From a virus (Duplodnaviria > Heunggongvirae > Uroviricota > Caudoviricetes): DNA of 18,498 nucleotides. Below, piece after piece: positions 8,184-15,471 of this stretch (positions within the stretch are counted from its first letter, which is position 1; every line of letters begins with the position of its first letter). A program made the position numbers and the translations under genes. The stretch lies in the IMG/VR virus record IMGVR_UViG_2657245081_000006; one strand, written 5' to 3'. A model generated the notes under the pieces. It worked only from the letters and a program-made list of their open reading frames with translations. It was not told the DNA's origin and did not search any database.

Positions 8184-9172
8184 CCCCTGAATCCTGCCGG
8201 GATCTGGCTGTAGTCCACGTTGTCGTAACTGGATTTGAAATATGGGTCTTCGCGTTTTTCTGTGTATGTGCTGACGGACGGCGATAAGCGCAGGGAAAGC
8301 TCATCCCATTTTTCCCGCAGCTTCGACGGGCTGAGCACGTTACGGCACCAGAACGGATCGCGGCTGACGCGGCTGTACATCTCGCAGATTTGTTTGTGAG
8401 TACGACCATCCTGCACACACATCAGGCGAATTTCGTTTGCCCAGGCTGTCCAGTTCGGTTCTTTGGGACGAACCACCTCGCCGTCACATTCGGCGGCCTG
8501 CTCGTACAGGGCGATGATTTTTTTCCAGAGCCACTGTGCGCAGGTCAAATCATCCTGCGTTCCCCACTGGCGCTTTTTAGGGCTGAATACAACCGCATCA
8601 GGATGGCGAGTTAAAAACTCCTGTTCAGCCGTTTGCGTGTCCGGTTGCGAAGCGTCCGGACGAGAAGAGGTTTTATTCTCTGTAGTAATCTCTGTTGTAT
8701 TCTCTGTAAGATCATTGGGCCATTTTGACCCGATGACAGCGTGTCGTTTTGAACCAATGGATCGTGTCATTTTGCGCCCATCCATCAGGTCACTTTGACC
8801 CGATGGAGAAGTGCATTTTGACCTGATGGATTCGTTCACTTTGACCTCTTCTAAAAGCTCACTTTCATAGTTGATCGTGTAGAAGTTGGTCATGTCACGC
8901 TTCGATTTATTGAGTTGCTCGCGACGCAAAACCCCAAGTGATTTCAGGCTTGCAAATGTGCGTTTCAGAGTGGACTCTGACCAGAACGGAAACTGCTCCA
9001 GCCACTGTTCTGTCGTGTTATAAACCCAGCGAATTCCGCCATGCTCAGTGCCTGAATTCGTTTCATTCAGCCAGTAATGAAGCTGCTGCAACACAATTGC
9101 CTCATTCAGACCAATACGGCATGCAAGATCACGATTTATCACAATGGGCTGGGATGTCATTAACAGGCTCAT
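8180..9172 (-). CDS. replication initiator / replisome organizer (lambda O-like; ori iterons inside the gene), 330 aa
   Basis: N-terminal HTH-like region, repetitive S/T-rich linker encoded by the iterons, C-terminal W/C-rich helical domain; position after cII; ATGA overlaps on both sides. Confidence 0.75.
   Translation of the reverse strand: MSLLMTSQPIVINRDLACRIGLNEAIVLQQLHYWLNETNSGTEHGGIRWVYNTTEQWLEQFPFWSESTLKRTFASLKSLGVLRREQLNKSKRDMTNFYTINYESELLEEVKVNESIRSKCTSPSGQSDLMDGRKMTRSIGSKRHAVIGSKWPNDLTENTTEITTENKTSSRPDASQPDTQTAEQEFLTRHPDAVVFSPKKRQWGTQDDLTCAQWLWKKIIALYEQAAECDGEVVRPKEPNWTAWANEIRLMCVQDGRTHKQICEMYSRVSRDPFWCRNVLSPSKLREKWDELSLRLSPSVSTYTEKREDPYFKSSYDNVDYSQIPAGFRG
8721..8851. repeat. replication-origin iterons: about 6 copies of a CAYTTTGACCYGATGG-like unit at 23-24 bp spacing
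   Basis: Copies begin at 8721 (cattttgacccgatga), 8745 (degenerate), 8768 (degenerate), 8791 (cactttgacccgatgga), 8814 (cattttgacctgatgga), 8837 (cactttgacctc). Confidence 0.75.
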
Positions 9173-9393
9173 GCCGCACCTCCGAGATGCTTCATGTTTT
9201 TTCCGGAGCGAAAGGCTATAAGCGGCATACTGACGCGGTAATTACGGCCCAGCGGTTCACAAATCACCTTCTGACATTCACGGTCAACCAGGCTAACACG
9301 TAGAACATGCCCTGCAGGCGTGGTGTACCACTGACCGGGGCGAGGACAACGGAAAGTCTGATTGGTAAATCGTTTGAAAATATTCCGGATCAT
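9169..9393 (-). CDS. hypothetical small protein, 74 aa, translationally coupled between the Rha-domain gene and the O-like gene
   Basis: ATGA overlaps at both ends (9390-9393 and 9169-9172); no family recognised. Confidence 0.5.
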   Translation of the reverse strand: MIRNIFKRFTNQTFRCPRPGQWYTTPAGHVLRVSLVDRECQKVICEPLGRNYRVSMPLIAFRSGKNMKHLGGAA

Positions 9394-10538
9394 TTGCGCC
9401 CCCTTACCTCTGAAGAGTTCAGCGACGAATGAATAAGACGGGCAAGAAATGCCGCATCGTTAATTCGGTCATACAGACTTACAGCCAGAGGTGATTCAGC
9501 TTTTTCCAGCATGGGATAAAGCTGCTGCAACCAGACCTGATGAATTGATGAAATGTAGGAATAGAGAACGCTGGCGTTATGTGCAACGTCGCTCGGTACA
9601 GCGGGCTTTGAAAGCTGTTTCTCCATCTGGTTAAAGGCATTGATGTATGCCTCTTTGAACTGGGCAGCACGTTTACCCGTGAAACCCATAGCAAGAAACG
9701 CAAAGCCGTCGCGGGTTATTTGATAGCAAGGTAGTTTGCGGCCTGTGCAATCGGTGTAATCACTCACCGAAAAATTGCGGGCAGTGAATGATGCGGAACA
9801 TTCAAGCGTGCGGATCTTTTTCAGTACATCGTCATGACGTTTGGAGAAGAAGTTGGCAACAGCCAGGGATGAAGTAACAGCCTGACCATCAACGATGGCA
9901 ATTTCAGGTTGAGTGAGGGTTGGGATCGTAGCCATGATGGCAGTCTCCGATAACAGTGAATTACCTTCACCACCGGAAACGCCAATTTCGCTGGTGGTGA
10001 ACTGAACGGGGTTGGCGTAACCGGCGTTATCGGAAACCGGCGCACCTTTCGGTGCCCCCGTCCAGCCCACCATAATTTGGGTGTGCACAGACGCAGACGA
10101 TAAAAAAGACGCTGGCGCGTCATATATCGCCGATAACATTTCCAGGACGCCAATCCCGACACCCGCTTTATAAGGTGCCTGAACAGTGTAACGTCCCGGA
10201 ATGGCAGAATCAATGTGCTGGTGGTCCTTCACACTCAACAAAATCACGCCTGAATTTCCACAAAGGACTAAAGCACTCATGCGGGTAGTCTTTGCGAAGA
10301 TAGATAACGCGCTGTGTTTCTGGCTCCCAACGAATAACATGGACATAAAGCCCTCTTCCGTCACGAAACCAGCGGTTAAGTTCCTGCACAACTCGCCCCC
10401 CACAGTCAGGTAAAGTTCTCTGTGGTTACTTACAGCCAGGTGATTTGGTAATCTGCATTCATGCCGTAACAACAGGTGTTCAGCGACGCTGACCACCAGC
10501 TGTTGCGACAAACGGTTATTTGCCGTTAAACTGTTCAT
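9390..10538 (-). CDS. protein with C-terminal Rha (phage regulatory protein Rha) domain and an unrecognised about 200-aa N-terminal region, 382 aa; alternative start at 9935 would give a 181-aa Rha-only protein
   Basis: Residues about 211-308, IVDGQAVTSSLAVANFFSKRHDDVLKKI...YQITRDGFAFLAMGFTGKRAAQFKEAYINAFNQME, are the Rha signature. ATG 10536-10538 overlaps the cII-like stop (ATGA). Confidence 0.6.
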   Translation of the reverse strand: MNSLTANNRLSQQLVVSVAEHLLLRHECRLPNHLAVSNHRELYLTVGGELCRNLTAGFVTEEGFMSMLFVGSQKHSALSIFAKTTRMSALVLCGNSGVILLSVKDHQHIDSAIPGRYTVQAPYKAGVGIGVLEMLSAIYDAPASFLSSASVHTQIMVGWTGAPKGAPVSDNAGYANPVQFTTSEIGVSGGEGNSLLSETAIMATIPTLTQPEIAIVDGQAVTSSLAVANFFSKRHDDVLKKIRTLECSASFTARNFSVSDYTDCTGRKLPCYQITRDGFAFLAMGFTGKRAAQFKEAYINAFNQMEKQLSKPAVPSDVAHNASVLYSYISSIHQVWLQQLYPMLEKAESPLAVSLYDRINDAAFLARLIHSSLNSSEVRGRK

Positions 10539-11098
10539 GCGTTAGTTTCTCCACAGACACAAAACGCCACGACGCCCGGAGCTGCACACTCGCGGGCGTC
10601 ACTCTTTTCTGGAGCGCAAAAGATTTTGTAGACCAGTGCTGCATGCTCCTGGAGCTTCGAAATTGACAGATACAACTCATCATTAATTGCTGTCTGCTCG
10701 TGTGGCTCCACTACCCCATCTTCGATTGCCGAACGAATCTGCTTTGAGTAACTCCCGATCTGTTCGATGACTTCCAGCAGGCGCTGGTTTATATCGGCGT
10801 TCTCTACTTCCTCAAGTTCAGGAAGCGATACAAACACCCCACCAGCAGACTGTGCGACAGCATCCGCAATGTAGTGAGTGCCAGCCGCGCGCTGTAAAAT
10901 CATTGCCCATCCCAGCGGGAAAATCTGATCGCCATCTGCACGAAGGCGGTTGAATAAAGCGTTCTCTGTTACATCCAGCCACTCAGCAGCTTCAGCGTAA
11001 CCTCCCGGCAACGCCGCGATAGTTTTTCTGACAGCTTTCACGTACCACTCAGGCTGTTTTTCTACTTTCCAGTGATGCTTACCCACGGTTAGCCTCAT
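10535..11098 (-). CDS. CII-like regulator (YdaT / CP76-type CII family), 187 aa
   Basis: Second gene of the rightward operon directly after cro; size and helical C-terminal part resemble the YdaT-type CII analogs of Rac-like prophages. Confidence 0.6.
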   Translation of the reverse strand: MRLTVGKHHWKVEKQPEWYVKAVRKTIAALPGGYAEAAEWLDVTENALFNRLRADGDQIFPLGWAMILQRAAGTHYIADAVAQSAGGVFVSLPELEEVENADINQRLLEVIEQIGSYSKQIRSAIEDGVVEPHEQTAINDELYLSISKLQEHAALVYKIFCAPEKSDARECAAPGVVAFCVCGETNA

Positions 11099-11129
11099 CG
11101 TTCTGTGGTTAAAAATTGAAGGTGTTCTG

Positions 11130-11330
11130 TTAATCTTTCGGATAGATATCCGGTCTTAAGTCAGATTTCGTAATTGCACCTGACGTGCATTGCTCAAGTT
11201 TTTTAGCCAGCACAAAACTGGCTTTTTTATAACCATTGAAAACCAGCCGTAAGTAGCCTGGTGTTGAGCCAACTTTTCCGGCCAACTCGCCCTGCTGTTC
11301 TTTGGTTAAAGAGTCCCAATACGCTTTCAT
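11130..11330 (-). CDS. cro: Cro-like repressor (YdaS-type HTH), 66 aa
   Basis: MKAYWDSLTKEQQGELAGKVGSTPGYLRLVFNGYKKASFVLAKKLEQCTSGAITKSDLRPDIYPKD; GGAGG 10 nt upstream of the ATG at 11328-11330; divergent from cI. The 167-aa track ORF is an unsupported upstream extension. Confidence 0.75.
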   Translation of the reverse strand: MKAYWDSLTKEQQGELAGKVGSTPGYLRLVFNGYKKASFVLAKKLEQCTSGAITKSDLRPDIYPKD

Positions 11331-11420
11331 ACAATATGTACCTCCGATATACATATTACATGATTGAGATGAACCTTCAAGATACTTGTACCCTATCGGT
11401 ACAAAGGTTTTAATTTCGTT
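11331..11420. promoter_or_regulatory. OR region: divergent PR (toward cro) and PRM (toward cI) with palindromic operator candidates
   Basis: Palindromes ATGTA-N9-TACAT (11336-11354) and TTGTACC-N5-GGTACAA (11386-11404). PR on minus: -35 TTGAAG (11375-11380), 16-nt spacer, -10 TAATAT (11353-11358). PRM on plus: -35 TTGTAC (11386-11391), 17 nt, -10 TTTAAT (11409-11414), giving a near-leaderless cI mRNA. Confidence 0.55.
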
Positions 11421-12095
11421 ATGAAAACAGTCCATGACATCCGGCGGTCTAACGCCAGAAAACTGAGAGATGGTGTTGGCGGGAATTCTTCCTTTGCCAC
11501 CATGATTGATCGCGAGCCAACCCAGACCAGCAGGTTTATGGGAGATGGTGCTACTAAAAATATCGGTGACAGCATGGCACGGCACATCGAAAAATGTTTC
11601 GACCTGCCTGTCGGATGGCTTGATCAAGAACACCAGACAACAAACATCACAAAAAAACCTGATGTTTCAATTACTAACAAACAAATAACGTTAGTCCCTG
11701 TCATATCATGGGTACAGGCCGGAGCATGGAAAGAAGTTGGCTATTCTGAGGTTGATTTGAGCACAGCAGAAACTTATCCCTGCCCTGTACCCTGTGGCGA
11801 AATGACTTATATCTTGCGGGTGATTGGTGATTCAATGATTGATGAGTACCGCCCGGGAGACATGATTTTTGTTGATCCTGAAGTCCCTGCCTGCCACGGT
11901 GACGACGTTATTGCATTGATGCACGATACAGGCGAAACCACCTTCAAGCGGTTGATAGAAGATGGAACACAGCGTTACCTCAAAGCATTAAACCCAAACT
12001 GGCCTGAACCTTACATTAAGATCAACGGTAATTGCTCTATAATTGGTACAGTGATTTTCTCAGGAAAACCAAGAAGATACAAAATAAAGGCCTAA
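11421..12095 (+). CDS. cI: CI-like prophage repressor, HTH plus S24 (LexA-like) autopeptidase domain, 224 aa
   Basis: C-terminal VPVISWVQAGAW...RVIGDSM...PGDMIFVD...GDDVIALMHDTGETTFKRL is the S24 peptidase signature; N-terminal HTH; no SD, consistent with a leaderless PRM transcript. Confidence 0.9.
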   Translation: MKTVHDIRRSNARKLRDGVGGNSSFATMIDREPTQTSRFMGDGATKNIGDSMARHIEKCFDLPVGWLDQEHQTTNITKKPDVSITNKQITLVPVISWVQAGAWKEVGYSEVDLSTAETYPCPVPCGEMTYILRVIGDSMIDEYRPGDMIFVDPEVPACHGDDVIALMHDTGETTFKRLIEDGTQRYLKALNPNWPEPYIKINGNCSIIGTVIFSGKPRRYKIKA

Positions 12096-12106
12096 TCAAT
12101 ATTTAT

Positions 12107-12130
12107 AACCTGCTTCGGCAGGTTTTTTTA
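12107..12130 (+). terminator. intrinsic terminator downstream of cI
   Basis: aacctgc-ttcg-gcaggtt followed by ttttttt. Confidence 0.65.
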
Positions 12131-12133
12131 TAC

Positions 12134-12166
12134 TTGACAATGTACCCTTGAGATACATAATGTATC
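12134..12166 (+). promoter_or_regulatory. PL-like promoter with overlapping operator (OL)
   Basis: -35 TTGACA (12134-12139), 16-17 nt spacer, -10 CATAAT/ATAATG (12156-12162); operator ATGTA-N9-TACAT at 12140-12158 and a perfect 15-bp palindrome GATACATAATGTATC at 12152-12166. Confidence 0.6.
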
Positions 12167-12598
12167 TAAAAGAAACATAACACAGGCAAGATTAAACTAA
12201 ATTTGGTTGTAACACGGCGTATGGCACATGCGTCGTTAGCGGTCTGGGGACGTTAAAGGGGACAATCCACTCCTTGCTCGAGCAAACAAACCAGGTAGCC
12301 GGAATGTGCAAGTCAATGATGATGCTGATAAGACGCCTAACCAGCGTGGCGATTCGGTTTGACGCCTGGGAAGAGACCAGGGTGCAACGATGAGGGCATT
12401 TATGGAACCGCGACAAAGTGTGGTGCCGTAACTGGCTAAGTGCTCTCAGCGTTGTGGTGAATGCGCAGGCTGATGCGCGAAAGACATTGCAGCTATTGCG
12501 GAAAAGAGCTGTTCGGCGGGGCAATTAAACGCCCGTGAGAGTCTGAAATAACCGCAAGCCGGAGATCAGCACCGGTCACCACAACAGCCACTGCTTTG

Positions 12599-12646
12599 GC
12601 GGTACCAGTTTGTACACTTGCTTCCGGCTGGTACCGCTCTTTTTAC
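12599..12646 (+). terminator. terminator-like hairpin in the PL leader (10-bp stem gcggtaccag/ctggtaccgc, 19-nt loop, then TCTTTTT)
   Basis: Perfect 10-bp inverted repeat at 12599-12608 / 12628-12637 followed by a T-run at 12640-12644; the loop is long for a canonical terminator. Confidence 0.45.
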
Positions 12647-12733
12647 AAAACAGAGAAGAGCATCACCGGACGACGGGCTCATAACCCAATCCATCCGGGC
12701 GGCTGCCACCGCAGGTGTTCTTCTCTGTTTTGT
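12645..12733 (+). repeat. 15-bp perfect inverted repeat (acaaaacagagaaga / tcttctctgttttgt) enclosing 59 nt
   Basis: 12645-12659 is the exact reverse complement of 12719-12733; it lies in the untranslated leader just upstream of the first early-left gene. Confidence 0.7.
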
Positions 12734-12778
12734 GGAGAAACTAACCGACCTTGCAGGGTCGATATGATGAGGAGCAGC

Positions 12779-13144
12779 AAAATGGCTAGCGAACGCAGTA
12801 CTGATGTGCAGGCATTTATCGGGGAGCTGGACGGCGGCGTATTTGAAACCAAAATCGGCGCAGTTCTCAGTGAAGTCGCTTCCGGTGTGATGAACACGAA
12901 AACCAAAGGTAAGGTCTCGCTCAACCTGGAAATCGAACCATTTGATGAGAACCGTGTGAAAATCAAACACAAACTCTCATATGTTCGCCCGACTAACCGC
13001 GGGAAAATTTCCGAAGAAGACACCACCGAAACACCGATGTATGTCAATCGCGGTGGTCGCCTGACTATTCTGCAGGAAGACCAGGGACAATTACTGACTC
13101 TTGCCGGTGAACCTGACGGAAAACTACGCGCAGCAGGTCATTAA
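12779..13144 (+). CDS. YfdP-like prophage protein, 121 aa
   Basis: AGGAG 7 nt upstream of the ATG at 12779; followed by YfdQ- and YfdR-like genes as in the CPS-53 (KpLE1) yfdPQRST cluster. The 182-aa track ORF is an upstream extension through the structured leader. Confidence 0.65.
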   Translation, partial: KMASERSTDVQAFIGELDGGVFETKIGAVLSEVASGVMNTKTKGKVSLNLEIEPFDENRVKIKHKLSYVRPTNRGKISEEDTTETPMYVNRGGRLTILQEDQGQLLTLAGEPDGKLRAAGH

Positions 13145-13209
13145 TATCGTTCTTAATTAACTGATTATTTATCTCATCACTGAATATCTTTATATAGTGA
13201 GGACTGATT

Positions 13210-14034
13210 ATGTCTCATAACTTAGACGCAACCGCAATTAATCAAATCCATGCCCTTATTTCTGCTCAGGGTGTTAATGAAATCATCAGTAAGATTGGTG
13301 CCGATGCTGTGGCATTGCCTGAGAATTTCCGCATTCATGATCTGGAAAAATTTAATTTAAATCGTTTCCGTTTCCGTGGTGCGCTTTCCACTGCCAGCAT
13401 CGATGACTTTACCCGTTATTCTAAAGATCTTGCAGATGAAGGCACCCGCTGCTTTATCGATGCCGATAATATGCGTGCCGTCAGTGTGCTTAACCTGGGT
13501 ACTATTGATGAGCCAGGTCACGCAGATAACACTGCCACTCTCAAACTGAAAAAGACAGCACCGTTCTCTGCTCTGTTGTCTGTTAATGGCGAGCGTAACT
13601 CCCAGAAGTCACTGGCAGAATGGATTGAAGACTGGGCCGACTACCTTGTGGGCTTTGATGCTAATGGTGACACCATTCAGGCAACCAAAGCGGCTGCGGC
13701 GATCCGTAAAATCACAATTGAAGCGAACCAGACCGCTGATTTTGAAGATAATGACTTCAGCGGCAAACGCTCCCTGATGGAGTCTGTCGAAGCGAAGACC
13801 AAAGACATTATGCCAGTGGCATTTGAATTTAAATGCGTTCCGTTTGAAGGCCTGAAAGAACGTCCATTTAAATTACGCCTCAGCATTATCACTGGCGATC
13901 GTCCTGTACTGGTTCTGCGCATTATTCAGCTGGAAGCGGTGCAGGAAGAAATGGCTAACGAATTTCGTGATCTGCTTGTTGAGAAATTCAAAGACAGCAA
14001 AGTAGAAACCTTTATTGGTACTTTCACCGCCTGA
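13210..14034 (+). CDS. DUF2303-family protein (YfdQ-like), 274 aa
   Basis: Length identical to K-12 YfdQ and same gene neighbourhood; GAGGA SD upstream. Confidence 0.75.
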   Translation: MSHNLDATAINQIHALISAQGVNEIISKIGADAVALPENFRIHDLEKFNLNRFRFRGALSTASIDDFTRYSKDLADEGTRCFIDADNMRAVSVLNLGTIDEPGHADNTATLKLKKTAPFSALLSVNGERNSQKSLAEWIEDWADYLVGFDANGDTIQATKAAAAIRKITIEANQTADFEDNDFSGKRSLMESVEAKTKDIMPVAFEFKCVPFEGLKERPFKLRLSIITGDRPVLVLRIIQLEAVQEEMANEFRDLLVEKFKDSKVETFIGTFTA

Positions 14035-14161
14035 TTTCATTACTGCAAATGCCCCTGCGGGGGCATTTATGGAAACGTAATTAACTCAATAATCACCGAA
14101 TGGTGAGGGCTTCCTTTTACCAGAATTCAGCGCGGTGCAGTGCATATACGTGGAGAACAAA

Positions 14162-14698
14162 ATGTCATTTATTAAAACTTTTTCCGGGAAGCATTTTTAT
14201 TATGACAAGATAAATAAAGACGACATCGTTATTAACGATATCGCGGTTTCCCTTTCAAATATCTGTCGCTTTGCAGGACATCTTTCACACTTCTACAGCG
14301 TCGCCCAACATGCGGTGCTTTGCAGCCAGCTGGTACCGCAGGAATTTGCTTTTGAAGCGTTAATGCATGATGCAACAGAAGCATATTGTCAGGACATCCC
14401 CGCACCACTGAAACGCCTTCTTCCTGACTATAAACGGATGGAAGAAAAAATAGACGCCGTAATCCGTGAGAAATACGGGTTACCTCCTGTTATGAGCACG
14501 CCAGTGAAATATGCCGATCTCATTATGCTGGCAACCGAACGCCGCGATCTCGGGCTTGATGATGGTTCTTTCTGGCCTGTACTGGAAGGTATCCCGGCGA
14601 CAGAGATGTTCAAAGTTATTCCACTGTCACCAGGCCATGCCTACGGGATGTTTATGGAACGTTTTAACGAGTTATCGGGGTTACGCAAATGCGCATGA
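14162..14698 (+). CDS. HD-domain phosphohydrolase (YfdR-like 5'-deoxynucleotidase), 178 aa
   Basis: HD motif region ...FAGHLSHFYSVAQHAVL...LMHDATEAYCQDIP...; start at ATG 14162 with GGAGA SD gives 178 aa, the size of K-12 YfdR. Confidence 0.8.
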   Translation: MSFIKTFSGKHFYYDKINKDDIVINDIAVSLSNICRFAGHLSHFYSVAQHAVLCSQLVPQEFAFEALMHDATEAYCQDIPAPLKRLLPDYKRMEEKIDAVIREKYGLPPVMSTPVKYADLIMLATERRDLGLDDGSFWPVLEGIPATEMFKVIPLSPGHAYGMFMERFNELSGLRKCA

Positions 14699-15276
14699 AT
14701 GTTTTCGAAATGGAAGGGTTTCTTCGCGGGAAATGTGTACCGCGAGATCTGAAAGTGAACGAAACAAACGCTGAGTACCTGGTGCGTAAATTTGCTGAAG
14801 CTGAGGCCAAGTGCGCGGCGCTGGCTGAACGTATCGAAGAGTTACAGACAAAACCTACGCCAGATTCGTTTGGCATCATCGGTGAAAACATTCGAACACA
14901 GGATAATCGAATAACGTCAGACCCTATGTTTTGTGTGTATCAAAAGCGCGAAATTGTTGTTGATGCTGATTATGACTATGACCGGATTGTCTGGGTTGAT
15001 GAAGATAGCAATGAAGCCAATAAACTCCAAAGTCGTCGTCTCGAACTACTTCATGAAAACTTTCGGGAACCACCAGAAAAATGGCGGCGCGTTGCTGTGA
15101 AAGATATTGATGAATTCGTTACCTGCTGTTTCACCGAACAGGGTTGTAAAGACTACCTGGCAGCCAATGGTCACAATCTTCGCTTGCCATTTATATATGT
15201 AAAAAGCGGTTTCAGGAACGCTGAATATATCGGCATAAGAAACTGGCTTGCTGGCATTCGCATCAAAGGAGAGTGA
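14689..15276 (+). CDS. hypothetical early-left protein with N-terminal coiled-coil-like segment (Ead/Ea22-like by eye), about 193-195 aa
   Basis: Starts at ATG 14689 or 14695 (ATGA overlap with the HD-gene stop); AEAEAKCAALAERIEELQ looks like a coiled coil. Family call is weak. Confidence 0.55.
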   Translation: MRMNVFEMEGFLRGKCVPRDLKVNETNAEYLVRKFAEAEAKCAALAERIEELQTKPTPDSFGIIGENIRTQDNRITSDPMFCVYQKREIVVDADYDYDRIVWVDEDSNEANKLQSRRLELLHENFREPPEKWRRVAVKDIDEFVTCCFTEQGCKDYLAANGHNLRLPFIYVKSGFRNAEYIGIRNWLAGIRIKGE

Positions 15277-15277
15277 G

Positions 15278-15469
15278 ATGATCGGACAAATATCAATTGT
15301 TCGACCGGGAGCATGTGACGATCGCGAGATACGAATGATTATTCGTCTGGCAATAGGGAAAACAATAACTGCTCTCATTACTCCTGAAAATCTCGCATTA
15401 GCGTTAACAGGAAAGTCAGACCTGCCAGTAGAGCTAAAGCTGCGAAATATTGAGATTAAAGTGAAATAG
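15278..15469 (+). CDS. hypothetical small protein, 63 aa
   Basis: AGGAG 8 nt upstream of ATG 15278; tightly packed between flanking genes (1-2 nt gaps). Confidence 0.55.
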   Translation: MIGQISIVRPGACDDREIRMIIRLAIGKTITALITPENLALALTGKSDLPVELKLRNIEIKVK

Positions 15470-15471
15470 TT

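Noticed and set aside
8721-8851. CRISPR-like array interpretation of the 23-bp-spaced repeats
   Set aside because: Repeats are short, degenerate, lie inside a coding sequence and have no unique spacers or cas genes; the pattern fits replication-origin iterons.
9821-10413. ORFs 9821..10213 (-) and 10201..10413 (+) overlapping the N-terminal half of the 382-aa gene
   Set aside because: Off-frame or antisense to a translationally coupled gene; the 130-aa translation is R/P/L-rich nonsense-like; no start signals.
11331-11633. Long form of the cro ORF (167 aa, 11130..11633)
   Set aside because: Only the C-terminal 66 aa are Cro-like and preceded by a strong SD; the upstream extension runs through the operator/promoter region and overlaps the cI start on the opposite strand.
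12163-12778. Retron (msr/msd) interpretation of the inverted repeats in the leader
   Set aside because: Retron ncRNAs are followed by a reverse transcriptase gene; no RT-like ORF (no YADD-type motif) exists in the window, and downstream genes are YfdP/Q/R-like.
12163-12778. N-like antiterminator gene downstream of PL
   Set aside because: No ATG- or GTG-initiated ORF over about 36 aa on the plus strand; the only arginine-rich stretches are 25-36-aa micro-ORFs without SD. Kept only as a remote possibility within the leader finding.
12192-13047. Minus-strand ORFs 12192..12524, 12566..12970 and 12679..13047 inside and beside the PL leader
   Set aside because: Translations are low-complexity and R/S/T/L/P-rich without motifs; they run antisense to the PL transcript and to the yfdP-like gene, with no SD or promoter context. 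Treated as chance ORFs.
14428-15378. ORFs 14428..14613 (-), 14511..14774 (+), 14664..14891 (-) and 15046..15378 (-) overlapping the HD-domain and Ea22-like genes
   Set aside because: Antisense or off-frame overlaps with better-supported, SD-preceded plus-strand genes in a tightly packed operon.
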